From IMG/VR virus record IMGVR_UViG_3300044972_002389, positions 62,001-126,000 of that record: a stretch of 64,000 bases of DNA. One strand, given 5' to 3'. The notes beneath the pieces are model-generated. The model was not told where the DNA came from. It did no database searches and worked only from the letters and a program-made list of their open reading frames with translations. Position 1 is the stretch's first letter, and every line of letters starts with the position of its first letter. The position numbers were made by a program, and so were the translations under genes. Shown one piece after another: positions 54,960 to 62,757 of the stretch.

Positions 54960-55257
54960 TCCCATTCGTGCCACTCGGCGTTTTGCCAATGGTTTTTTCT
55001 ATACTCTCTCTGATGATCTTGATGAGAATGAAACAACACAAGTTACTAAAGATGAAACTGAGAGAATGCGGTTTTTCCAGACACATTGGCCTGATCTCTA
55101 CACCTGGCTGATGTTGAACAGTAATGAGGAACACTTGAGTTTGTATTACAGAGGGATCTATCCCAATGTGAGTTTTATATTGGCAATCTATTTTGATGAT
55201 GCACTCTATTTCAACAGTGCATTCAGGAATCGAATAGAGTTTGTAGATATACTATAA
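54943..55257 (+). CDS. Paralogue 3 of a three-gene array
   Basis: WPDLYTWLMLN; ATG overlaps the previous stop. Confidence 0.65.
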   Translation: MMRQLDPIRATRRFANGFFYTLSDDLDENETTQVTKDETERMRFFQTHWPDLYTWLMLNSNEEHLSLYYRGIYPNVSFILAIYFDDALYFNSAFRNRIEFVDIL

Positions 55258-55259
55258 AC

Positions 55260-55790
55260 ACCTGATTATACAATTGGGTATTTCCTGGTTGGCTCAGAGA
55301 ACATACTCTCCCTGAGCAAGTCAGGGAGATAAAAGCTTTCCCGGCAGTACGCAGAGACTGGGTTTTGATGCTGTATGTCTACAGAAGTGGTTACTCGGTA
55401 CTTCTTGATCCTTGGGGATCCACATCCTATCTCGAACAAAAATTGTTCAGTAGCGGCAAAAAACTGGAGGAGACCCAATCAACCTCCAGTTTTCCTGATC
55501 GTTGTCAATGCACAGACAGAGCGATCCATTTGAACACAGTGCCTCACACTGCGAAGATGATTTGAGCCTATTCTGTGACTGGGCTTGTTATTCCGGGTTC
55601 GCGCTGGAGAGTTTCTTTGCATAACAGACAGCGGTGCTTCCCGGTCCGGTGGGCAGAGTTCCACCGACTTGTTTGCGTTCCTGACAGGTCACCTGTCCCT
55701 TCCGCCAGCGGATGCCATTTACCGCCATATCAATACTGCTGTTGCTCATATGTTAAGCTCCAAGGCGCATTCATGCTATCAAAATCACCA
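55260..55790. ncRNA. Candidate structured non-coding RNA(s) or replication/regulatory element
   Basis: No convincing ORF; at least eight hairpins and a central bidirectional terminator at 55460-55493. No family recognised. Confidence 0.4.
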
Positions 55791-55799
55791 ACTTTTCTG

Positions 55800-55827
55800 T
55801 TGACTTGGTAGGAGAGTGTTATATTGT
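55800..55827 (+). promoter_or_regulatory. Sigma70-like promoter TTGACT-N16-TATTGT
   Basis: Upstream of aagga SD and the TTG start at 55852. Confidence 0.5.
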
Positions 55828-55851
55828 TGAGTCAATGAGAAAGGACTCCAA

Positions 55852-56211
55852 TTGAATATAGTGGCCTTATTTTTGTCAGTGTTCTTTTGGTCACAAGTGG
55901 CTATAATGGCCATTTGTGTGGGCCTCATGCTTCCCCTGATAATTTGGTATGAGTGGCGCAAGGGCAACGATCTCACATATGAACAGTTTTTCAAACTGTT
56001 GATTTTGTTCTCTGCAATGGGCGCCACCGGACTTGGGTTGGTATTGTTGGCGCTTATCTTGTGGAAATTTCCACCAGACAGTGTGGAATTGTTGGGCCAA
56101 TATCAACCCAACAGCATTTACGAGCCAGTTGGCTCTCAAACCCTTATGCTGCCAGGCAGCCGGAGTGCCAAAACAATGCGAGCATTGCTTAGCTCAAGTG
56201 AGGATTCTTGA
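55852..56211 (+). CDS. Small two-TM membrane protein (paralogue A)
   Basis: Two hydrophobic segments; WR.G.D and GSRSAKT.RAL shared with the next ORF. Confidence 0.7.
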   Translation: MNIVALFLSVFFWSQVAIMAICVGLMLPLIIWYEWRKGNDLTYEQFFKLLILFSAMGATGLGLVLLALILWKFPPDSVELLGQYQPNSIYEPVGSQTLMLPGSRSAKTMRALLSSSEDS

Positions 56212-56504
56212 ACATGGACGCAGTTATTTTTTGGATAGTAATGTATTTTGGAACAGGTTTCTTAGTTGGAGTGATAGGTGGAGCTGTTTCAATTTGGGAA
56301 AAATGGCGGCAAGGCGATGATGTACTGCTATGCGATCTCTTTGATCTCGTTGGGGCAATGATGGTATGCTTGTTCGTATGGCCGGCCGTAATCTGGATGG
56401 TGATTGTAGACGTCACAAAAAGCAAGTTCAAAATCAACAAAAACAGCGTTGTGCTCAAAGGTAGCAGGAGTGCCAAAACCTATCGAGCATTGACTGAGGA
56501 ATAG
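56208..56504 (+). CDS. Small two-TM membrane protein (paralogue B)
   Basis: Same motifs; 4-nt (TTGA) overlap with paralogue A. Confidence 0.7.
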   Translation: MNMDAVIFWIVMYFGTGFLVGVIGGAVSIWEKWRQGDDVLLCDLFDLVGAMMVCLFVWPAVIWMVIVDVTKSKFKINKNSVVLKGSRSAKTYRALTEE

Positions 56505-56506
56505 CT

Positions 56507-56512
56507 TAAATA
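56507..56512 (+). promoter_or_regulatory. Late promoter core TAAATA
   Basis: 4 nt before the ATG at 56517; no SD. Confidence 0.6.
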
Positions 56513-56516
56513 TCTC

Positions 56517-57116
56517 ATGAAGATAAATGAGATCACACAACGCATAGTTTGGCACAGCAGCCATGTTCCTGATATTCAAGAGTTTAGGTTTTTAACACAT
56601 CTTGGAACCTGGGCTGCTGCTGTTGAACGTGCGTTGCAAAAAGATTTTTATACCGACATGCTCATGGCCGATCTGGGCCCAAAAACCTACATGTATCAAG
56701 TCAACATAGATGCCTGTGAGCGAGGCATTAGAATCAAGGACGATCCTGATTATGGTGATCCCTGGGATCACATTGCCTACAACTGGGATCGCATGCCAAC
56801 GGAAATACAAACCAACATATCAAAAGATGCTCCTTATCATGAGCTGGCAGAAAAGCTTCCTGATATGTTCAAAAGCCTAGGCATTGACTATCTTTGGTAC
56901 TACAACCGAATTGAAAGTCCACGCAGCAAAAGCTATATTGCACTCAACCCCAAATGTTTCAAAATAATAGACATTCATGCATACGCTCCGCGCGAGCTAC
57001 TTTTAGCTGATCCGAGAGTGATTGATTTACAGGTAAGGCGCGGAATGTGGGCCAAATCAACAGCTCAGAAAATCAAAAGCATCCTTCGAGCCCGAGACCC
57101 AAACATCAAATTTTAG
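56517..57116 (+). CDS. Late protein with MKINEI N-terminus and ART-like fold
   Basis: VWHSS...THLGT..AA.ER, YQV.I, Y.N..E...S.SYI.LNP resembles ART-like phage domains; N-terminus like the modular proteins. Confidence 0.6.
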   Translation: MKINEITQRIVWHSSHVPDIQEFRFLTHLGTWAAAVERALQKDFYTDMLMADLGPKTYMYQVNIDACERGIRIKDDPDYGDPWDHIAYNWDRMPTEIQTNISKDAPYHELAEKLPDMFKSLGIDYLWYYNRIESPRSKSYIALNPKCFKIIDIHAYAPRELLLADPRVIDLQVRRGMWAKSTAQKIKSILRARDPNIKF

Positions 57117-57117
57117 G

Positions 57118-57145
57118 TTGACTCTAGTGTAAACTTTGTTACTGT
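57118..57145 (+). promoter_or_regulatory. Sigma70-like promoter TTGACT-N16-TACTGT
   Basis: Followed by (AGTAAC)x3 and agga SD. Confidence 0.55.
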
Positions 57146-57176
57146 AGTAACAGTAACAGTAACAGGAACATTTCAC

Positions 57177-57362
57177 ATGTTTGACCATAAGCAACAAGTT
57201 TTAGCTGCACTCGAGGCAGCACGAGCGAGAATTGATTCAGAGGATTGGCATGGAGAATGTGTATGCCTTCACAGGACACTAGGACGATGCCCTTGCCATG
57301 AGGATCATCAAACTCTGTTGATTCAGTTGGAAGCTGCCATCAAAACCATGCAAACTGTTTGA
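57177..57362 (+). CDS. Small Cys/His-motif protein
   Basis: ECVCLH....RCPCH. Confidence 0.55.
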   Translation: MFDHKQQVLAALEAARARIDSEDWHGECVCLHRTLGRCPCHEDHQTLLIQLEAAIKTMQTV

Positions 57363-57374
57363 CAGGAGACTGGG

Positions 57375-58262
57375 ATGCTGCTGCACACATTAGTTGACCG
57401 AAAACTCATACACCCGCCCAAGTGGTTGCCCGACAACACTCAATTTCTGGGCTATGCTGGTAGTGCTGCCTATGGTGTCAGCAACGACACGAGTGACATG
57501 GACTGCTTTGGCTTCTGCATCCCGCCCCGTGAGATTGTGTTCCCCTTCACCGACGGCGGCAGGGTGTATGGCTTTGGCACACAGGAACAGCGGTTTCGAG
57601 TGTGGAGCGAGCATCACATTCAGCTGCCGGATCAACGGAAAGAGTTGGACTTTTCTATTTATAATATCGTTGATTTTATGCAACTGGCGATGGAAAATAA
57701 TCCAAATGTTTTGGACGTTCTCTTTCTTCCCCGCCGCTGCATTCTCCACAGCACCAAAATCGCAGAGCATGTGAGAGAGCATAGGAAAGAGTTCCTCCAC
57801 AAAGGAGCTATGGGAAAACTTCGGGGATACGCATTTTCACAAATTTCAAAAATTCGCAACAAAACCAACAGCAGCAATCCCAAAAGAGCTGCCACTATTG
57901 CTGAACACGGATGGGATCTGAAGTTTGGAGTGCATGTAGTGAGGCTCATGCTGCAATGCGAGCAGATCCTGGTAGAGCATGACCTTGACATTGAGCGCAA
58001 CAGCGAGGTGCTCAAGAGCATTCGGCGAGGTGAGTGGACACTAGAGCAGCTGGACAGTTGGTTTGATGTCAAGGAAAAATCTCTAGAGACACTACATGCC
58101 AACAGCACGTTGCGAGATAAGCCAGATGAGAAGAGGATCAAACATCTACTTCTTGACTGTTTGTCAATGCACTATGGCCCTCTCACCACCGGTGTCAAGC
58201 GAGAAACTGGTGTTGATCAACTGGTAAATGAGCTGCAAACTGTGCTGGATAGATATCGATAA
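57375..58262 (+). CDS. DNA polymerase beta-superfamily nucleotidyltransferase (RlaP/YcgL-like)
   Basis: GSAAYG...TSDMDCFG (G-S...DxD), NPNVLDVLF, GYAFSQ, K...H..RL, I.RGE; aggag SD. Confidence 0.85.
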   Translation: MLLHTLVDRKLIHPPKWLPDNTQFLGYAGSAAYGVSNDTSDMDCFGFCIPPREIVFPFTDGGRVYGFGTQEQRFRVWSEHHIQLPDQRKELDFSIYNIVDFMQLAMENNPNVLDVLFLPRRCILHSTKIAEHVREHRKEFLHKGAMGKLRGYAFSQISKIRNKTNSSNPKRAATIAEHGWDLKFGVHVVRLMLQCEQILVEHDLDIERNSEVLKSIRRGEWTLEQLDSWFDVKEKSLETLHANSTLRDKPDEKRIKHLLLDCLSMHYGPLTTGVKRETGVDQLVNELQTVLDRYR

Positions 58263-58270
58263 GGTCTAGG

Positions 58271-58298
58271 TTGACAAGATCGTCAACCGTGCTATATT
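58271..58298 (+). promoter_or_regulatory. Sigma70-like promoter TTGACA-N16-TATATT overlapped by palindrome GGTTGAC-N6-GTCAACC
   Basis: Palindrome at 58269-58288; aaggag SD downstream. Confidence 0.7.
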
Positions 58299-58322
58299 CC
58301 CTACACAAAAAAGGAGCCACAC

Positions 58323-58667
58323 ATGAGTTACCTCCGTAAGCGTATGATGGAGCAAACCGAACTTTTGCGCACTGTGGACTTCAGCACAGTAGCTAATTAC
58401 CAGGTGATGAAACGAGTGTATCACCAGCTGGTGAGCCAGCACCATTTCCCAGGCGATCTAGCCGCCGAAATCTCCGCTAGCATGCAGATCAATGTAAGTG
58501 ATGCTGCACTACTTGATGAGGAGTTCATCACAGCCATCATCACCAGCACATGTGTGGCAGCGAGCCGACTGTATCGCCAACTGGAGATTGATTTTGGAGT
58601 CAATCGTGCCAACGTGATGCTGACGAGCCTCACCGGTCAGTTCAGCATCACTTACGACGTGCCATGA
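58323..58667 (+). CDS. Hypothetical protein
   Basis: 114 aa; strong SD and promoter. Confidence 0.7.
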   Translation: MSYLRKRMMEQTELLRTVDFSTVANYQVMKRVYHQLVSQHHFPGDLAAEISASMQINVSDAALLDEEFITAIITSTCVAASRLYRQLEIDFGVNRANVMLTSLTGQFSITYDVP

Positions 58668-58873
58668 TCCTTGACGTTGCCATGCTGGTGATTGCAGCTG
58701 GCTTTTGGTACACAGGCTACCTTCTGTGGACCATGAGGCAGGGGTTCAAAGCGTCAGCAAGCTTGGCTCTGCTATGTGGGTTTTTCAGCTTCTTGGCCTT
58801 TTGGGCAGTGGTTGAGTGGTTGCCGTTGGCAGCGGGCCTGTTTTGTCTATTCACTCTAGTCATGTTGAGTTGA
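58664..58873 (+). CDS. Small hydrophobic membrane protein
   Basis: Mostly hydrophobic; ATGA overlap. Confidence 0.6.
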   Translation: MILDVAMLVIAAGFWYTGYLLWTMRQGFKASASLALLCGFFSFLAFWAVVEWLPLAAGLFCLFTLVMLS

Positions 58874-58876
58874 GCC

Positions 58877-59410
58877 ATGGATGACAAGTTTCGCAAGATA
58901 CTGGAACGAGCGCTGCATCCCAGCACCATGGAGGGCGAGTGGGACTCGGCTTTCCGTGCAGCACGTCGCATGGTTGGGGCCAGCAGCTTGGACAAGCTGT
59001 TGGGTGCTGCCTCGCAGCCACAGGTGCGGGAGGTGGTGCGTGAACGTGTGGTGTATCGGGAACCCAACTACAGCCACAGCATGGAAGTCAGTCTCAAGAT
59101 CTCTGCTCGTTGGCAGCACAGCTTCATGGAAACCATCTGGAAGGACGCCCAGAGTGGTGGCTTGAAGATTGAGATCTTGCACCTGCGATGCCGAGACAAA
59201 ACCTTGAACAGCGGCTTGGACATGCGCGTGAAGGTGCACGGTAGTGCAAGTGGTTTGGCATGGTGGAATGGTCGAGTGGACGATTATTTAGCGGAGATGA
59301 ACAGCAAGAACAAGAACAACACGAGGCCTACAGGTCCAGATGTAGCTGGTGAAACCATCCCCAAAAAGCCTGGATTTTGGCAGCGTTTGGCGAACGTCCT
59401 TCGGGGATAA
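58877..59410 (+). CDS. Hypothetical protein with DUF2786-like N-terminus
   Basis: KFRKILERA...T.EGE...AF.AA resembles the DUF2786 helix pair. Confidence 0.55.
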   Translation: MDDKFRKILERALHPSTMEGEWDSAFRAARRMVGASSLDKLLGAASQPQVREVVRERVVYREPNYSHSMEVSLKISARWQHSFMETIWKDAQSGGLKIEILHLRCRDKTLNSGLDMRVKVHGSASGLAWWNGRVDDYLAEMNSKNKNNTRPTGPDVAGETIPKKPGFWQRLANVLRG

Positions 59411-59413
59411 CCG

Positions 59414-59671
59414 GTGAGGAAGCTCACTCCAGATACTGCGGTGAACCGCCGGCAATTTCCCTACTTTGTGCGAGTCGTCAACGTGAGTAATTTTTCGCAC
59501 TACACGGAAATTTGCAGCTGGACTAAACAGCGTTGGGGCTCACCAAGTAGACTCCACAAAGACGCATTGTGGGCATGTCAGATTGAAACAAGCACTGCTG
59601 GAGAGCAGGAGATGTGGATTTGGTTCCGGCATGAAGATGACATGGTGCTGTTCTCTCTCACTTGGTGCTAG
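59414..59671 (+). CDS. Array paralogue 1 (ends WFRHEDDMVLFSLTWC)
   Basis: C-terminal motif shared with the next three ORFs. Confidence 0.7.
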   Translation: MRKLTPDTAVNRRQFPYFVRVVNVSNFSHYTEICSWTKQRWGSPSRLHKDALWACQIETSTAGEQEMWIWFRHEDDMVLFSLTWC

Positions 59672-59677
59672 GGCAAC

Positions 59678-59887
59678 ATGACAGACGTTGAAAGAGAACT
59701 AATCAACCTTGGGTTTGATATCCTCAAAGGCTGGCACAGTTGTCGACTGAGCAGTCCGTTGCCTGATCAAAAATCCGTTTACAACTGGCTCAACACTACA
59801 GATGGCGGACGCTATTGGGTTGGTGTCATCTCCATTTATTTTGAACGAGAAGAAGACATGATCCTGTTCCAGCTCACATGGTGTTGA
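59678..59887 (+). CDS. Array paralogue 2 (ends YFEREEDMILFQLTWC)
   Basis: Shared motif. Confidence 0.75.
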   Translation: MTDVERELINLGFDILKGWHSCRLSSPLPDQKSVYNWLNTTDGGRYWVGVISIYFEREEDMILFQLTWC

Positions 59888-59903
59888 TTGGTAGGAAGAA
59901 TAA

Positions 59904-60125
59904 ATGATCGATATTGATCAACAATACCCCAGCGACTACCACACTAACCACACTAAAATCCAGGAATGGCATAGCTGTTCTATTCGCCAATTTGTTGGGC
60001 CTGATCGACATACCATCCTCCAGTGGCTCAAAACAACAGATGGTGGCCGCTTTTGGGAGGGCGGAACTCGAGTATGGTTTGAGAGAGAAGAAGACATGAT
60101 CTTGTTCACGCTCACGTGGTCATAG
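59904..60125 (+). CDS. Array paralogue 3 (ends WFEREEDMILFTLTWS)
   Basis: Shared motif; WL.TTDGGR.W also shared with paralogue 2. Confidence 0.75.
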   Translation: MIDIDQQYPSDYHTNHTKIQEWHSCSIRQFVGPDRHTILQWLKTTDGGRFWEGGTRVWFEREEDMILFTLTWS

Positions 60126-60128
60126 CCC

Positions 60129-60359
60129 GTGCACGATATCGACAACGACTATCTCGCCAAAGGTCACAACCAGAGACGTGACTACAGCATGCTGGACCAA
60201 TGGCATCTCTGCCAAGTGAATTTCTCCGCCGTTAACGGAGACAAGATGTTTAGTTGGCTTGACGCAGCACCTGGGGAACGGTATTATTGGACACGAGCTG
60301 GTAACATTTGGTTTGAGAGGGAAGAAGACATGCTCTTGTTCAAGCTCACATGGTGTTGA
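60129..60359 (+). CDS. Array paralogue 4 (ends WFEREEDMLLFKLTWC)
   Basis: Shared motif. Confidence 0.75.
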   Translation: MHDIDNDYLAKGHNQRRDYSMLDQWHLCQVNFSAVNGDKMFSWLDAAPGERYYWTRAGNIWFEREEDMLLFKLTWC

Positions 60360-60481
60360 GGGATGCAAGCCGGCAAAGTGTCAGAGCATGGCACGCTTTT
60401 GCTCCCTGTTGCCATTCAAAGACGTGATAGTGATCAGCTGTTTCCATCGTGCATAAAGCCTTGTTTGCTGTCAAACAAGGG

Positions 60482-60509
60482 TTGACACCCTGCCTAAATC
60501 TGCTATACT
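60482..60509 (+). promoter_or_regulatory. Sigma70-like promoter TTGACA-N16-TATACT
   Basis: Preceded by hairpin CCTTGTTTG-CTGT-CAAACAAGG; gagg SD downstream. Confidence 0.7.
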
Positions 60510-60536
60510 CACCACACAAGGAAAGAGGACAAGTTG

Positions 60537-60917
60537 ATGAGCAACAAGCGAGCACTAGTTAAGCTGGGTCAGTTTATGATGCAGAGTGCTAGTAATTTTA
60601 AGTGCGATGTGACCTTCAACAAGTGGGCACGAGTAGGACAAGCACTTACTGAGCTGGACAGAATTTTTGCGCCGCAACTGCGCGAGTTTCCTGTAGAGGA
60701 CCAACTGGTGGTGAAGTCTGCTGCGGCTGTGATGATGGGCAAGCTTGAAATGCCTGATATGCTGGTGCCTCGCGAGAGTATTCCTCGACGCACGCGTCGT
60801 GCTCGCATGACCCGGGTTATGAGCAAGAAGGAGCCCAAGGCTGCCAAGCCAACACTGTCCCAAGACAGTGTGGCGCCTCGCAAGCGTGGTCGACCCCGTA
60901 AAGTGGTGGCTGCATGA
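60537..60917 (+). CDS. Basic protein with a C-terminal AT-hook-like motif
   Basis: Arg-rich PRRTRRARMTR and terminal RKRGRPRK. Confidence 0.7.
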   Translation: MSNKRALVKLGQFMMQSASNFKCDVTFNKWARVGQALTELDRIFAPQLREFPVEDQLVVKSAAAVMMGKLEMPDMLVPRESIPRRTRRARMTRVMSKKEPKAAKPTLSQDSVAPRKRGRPRKVVAA

Positions 60918-61123
60918 GCCACTCTCTGCAAGCGGGCTGCGATGAAAACACCCTCAACCATATCACAATGGTGCTGAGTGAGCTGAGCAAGCATTTTGAT
61001 GTGAGTTTCCGTCATGCAGCAATGCGAGCTGTGGGGTTGGAACTGATCTCTCAGGACCAATGGGTGGCACTCCAAGAACTAGCCAAGAGCGAAGCTGTTC
61101 ATCAAGCTTTGATGAAAGAATAG
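60914..61123 (+). CDS. Small hypothetical protein
   Basis: ATGA overlap. Confidence 0.55.
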   Translation: MSHSLQAGCDENTLNHITMVLSELSKHFDVSFRHAAMRAVGLELISQDQWVALQELAKSEAVHQALMKE

Positions 61124-61134
61124 GAAAACTGCAC

Positions 61135-61293
61135 ATGCGAGTTTTGTATCTAGACTGGGACCCTGCCACTCGGTGCTACTTTGCTGTTACCAGCCAGGGC
61201 AGCCGCATTACATTGAAAAGCTCAACTGAGCCTGACGCAGATGCTGAGGCTTCTCAACTGGAAGCTGATGAAATGGTTCACGATGAGTTCTGA
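61135..61293 (+). CDS. Small acidic hypothetical protein
   Basis: agga SD; acidic C-terminus. Confidence 0.5.
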   Translation: MRVLYLDWDPATRCYFAVTSQGSRITLKSSTEPDADAEASQLEADEMVHDEF

Positions 61294-61522
61294 ACGAAAA
61301 GTGCTGTATCAGCGGAATACTATGGGCTATTGGATCTTGCAGCATCCATCAGGTTTGTATCCTGCTGATACAGCACAGGGTTTTTGGAGTAATCACCAGG
61401 TGGAAGCCATGAGATTCCTCACAAAAGAGGAAGCCAACGCCTGTGCTGAGTATCTCTCCACGAGCGTTATAAGCGGTATCAAATGTGACAGTCTCTTGGT
61501 GGAGCCGCTGTTTCAGATGTGA
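61283..61522 (+). CDS. Small hypothetical protein
   Basis: W....A.RF...EEA pattern; overlaps the previous stop. Confidence 0.55.
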   Translation: MSSERKVLYQRNTMGYWILQHPSGLYPADTAQGFWSNHQVEAMRFLTKEEANACAEYLSTSVISGIKCDSLLVEPLFQM

Positions 61523-62241
61523 ACATCAGGGTTGTAGTTGGCATTGTGACAGAGATCATGCCACTGAGTTTGAGTGTCATCTCTATAAGCTTTGCCACCA
61601 CCCTTCTCTTCTACAGCTAACATTGGGTAGATAAGGGCCCTGCGGCCGCTTTTGGTGATAGTCCAGTCAGCATTGTTTGAAATGCTATAATGAGGATCAA
61701 TCAAAGTTTTCCATTGGTGAACTGGGTCCTCAAATGTGTCTACAGCCCATTGAGCATGACGTCGGCGTATCATATACATTTGAGTACCATAAACATTGAA
61801 TTCAAAGCTGTGATACGTGTAGGGCTGACTGATAATTGGCATAGTGGCCTCTACTCTAGAGATGGTTTCAGGCCTTAGGTATCCCAGCATCAATATATCC
61901 AAATCAAGCTTCTGGAAATTGGCTACCACACAAGGCAATTCTTCAGCAAAGTCTCGGCGGATCATAACATCATCCTCCACTACTATACAAATTTCGTCAC
62001 CTGAATAGATAAACTTTTTGAGAATCTTCATGTGACCAGCCATGCAACTCCAAGCCAGCTCGCTCCATTTGTTTTCTTTTTTGATCCTTTCTTTTTGCCA
62101 GTTATCTGGTGCCAGTGTGGGGTGCGATGCAGCAACACTCTCCACAAGAGAGATGTCTAGCCCCACTTGCTCAAACCGGTGTCGCATGCGTTCTGCTTTG
62201 CTGAGATTGCGAAAAGTTAGGCAATAGATCGTGGGAATCAT
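61513..62241 (-). CDS. GT25 (LPS biosynthesis-type) glycosyltransferase
   Basis: IYCL....ER..RM..RF, SC.AGH...LKKF, IVVEDDV, GTQMYMI, P.L.VE. Confidence 0.85.
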   Translation of the reverse strand: MIPTIYCLTFRNLSKAERMRHRFEQVGLDISLVESVAASHPTLAPDNWQKERIKKENKWSELAWSCMAGHMKILKKFIYSGDEICIVVEDDVMIRRDFAEELPCVVANFQKLDLDILMLGYLRPETISRVEATMPIISQPYTYHSFEFNVYGTQMYMIRRRHAQWAVDTFEDPVHQWKTLIDPHYSISNNADWTITKSGRRALIYPMLAVEEKGGGKAYRDDTQTQWHDLCHNANYNPDVHI

Positions 62242-62283
62242 AATCCATAGTAGTTGACGTTGTGGAAAATCACAAATAACTTG

Positions 62284-62311
62284 TTGACAAAGATGTCGTC
62301 TGTCCTACACT
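62284..62311 (+). promoter_or_regulatory. Sigma70-like promoter TTGACA-N16-TACACT
   Basis: Upstream of ggag SD and the ATG at 62335. Confidence 0.65.
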
Positions 62312-62334
62312 GGAAGGATATGGAGAATCTTACA

Positions 62335-62757
62335 ATGGGTAAATCAACAAGTTGTGGTGTGGTGATAACTGACGGGAACAAGTTGGTTGTTGGGCATGTA
62401 ACACGTGGTAAATGGTGGGACCTACCTAAAGGAGGCATGAACCCTGGAGAAAGCTTTCTTGAAGCTGCACTGAGGGAACTAAATGAAGAAACTGGTTTGG
62501 TAGTGGAAGACACCTCAGCCCTTACGCCTCTGGGCGTGTTCCTATATAAGCCAAAAAAGGATCTAGTGCTGTATCTTTGGAAGGTCGAACAAATGCCAGA
62601 CCCCACTTCCCTAGTCTGCAAGAGCACGTTTAAAGACTCCAAAGGTCGTGATGTCAAAGAATTGGATCAATTTAAAGTAGTCACCTGGCAAGAAGCTGCA
62701 AACTTAGTCAATCCAGATATGCAAAAAGTATTGAAAAAAGTAGAGAAGGAAATTTAA
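62335..62757 (+). CDS. NUDIX hydrolase
   Basis: Nudix box WDLPKGGMNPGESFLEAALRELNEETGL. Confidence 0.93.
   Translation: MGKSTSCGVVITDGNKLVVGHVTRGKWWDLPKGGMNPGESFLEAALRELNEETGLVVEDTSALTPLGVFLYKPKKDLVLYLWKVEQMPDPTSLVCKSTFKDSKGRDVKELDQFKVVTWQEAANLVNPDMQKVLKKVEKEI

Noticed and set aside
55580-55620. tRNA or tmRNA suggested by GGGTTCG
   Set aside because: No T-arm stem, cloverleaf or CCA end; no tRNA found elsewhere by eye.
57146-57165. (AGTAAC)x3 microsatellite as a phase-variation switch
   Set aside because: Only three units, downstream of the -10 box and outside any coding frame, so slippage would have little predictable effect.
59631-60359. Regularly spaced ~45-nt repeats resembling a CRISPR or integron array
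   Set aside because: The repeats are in-frame 3' ends of four ORFs, the spacing (216-238 nt) is far longer than CRISPR spacers, they are not palindromic, and no cas or integrase gene is nearby.
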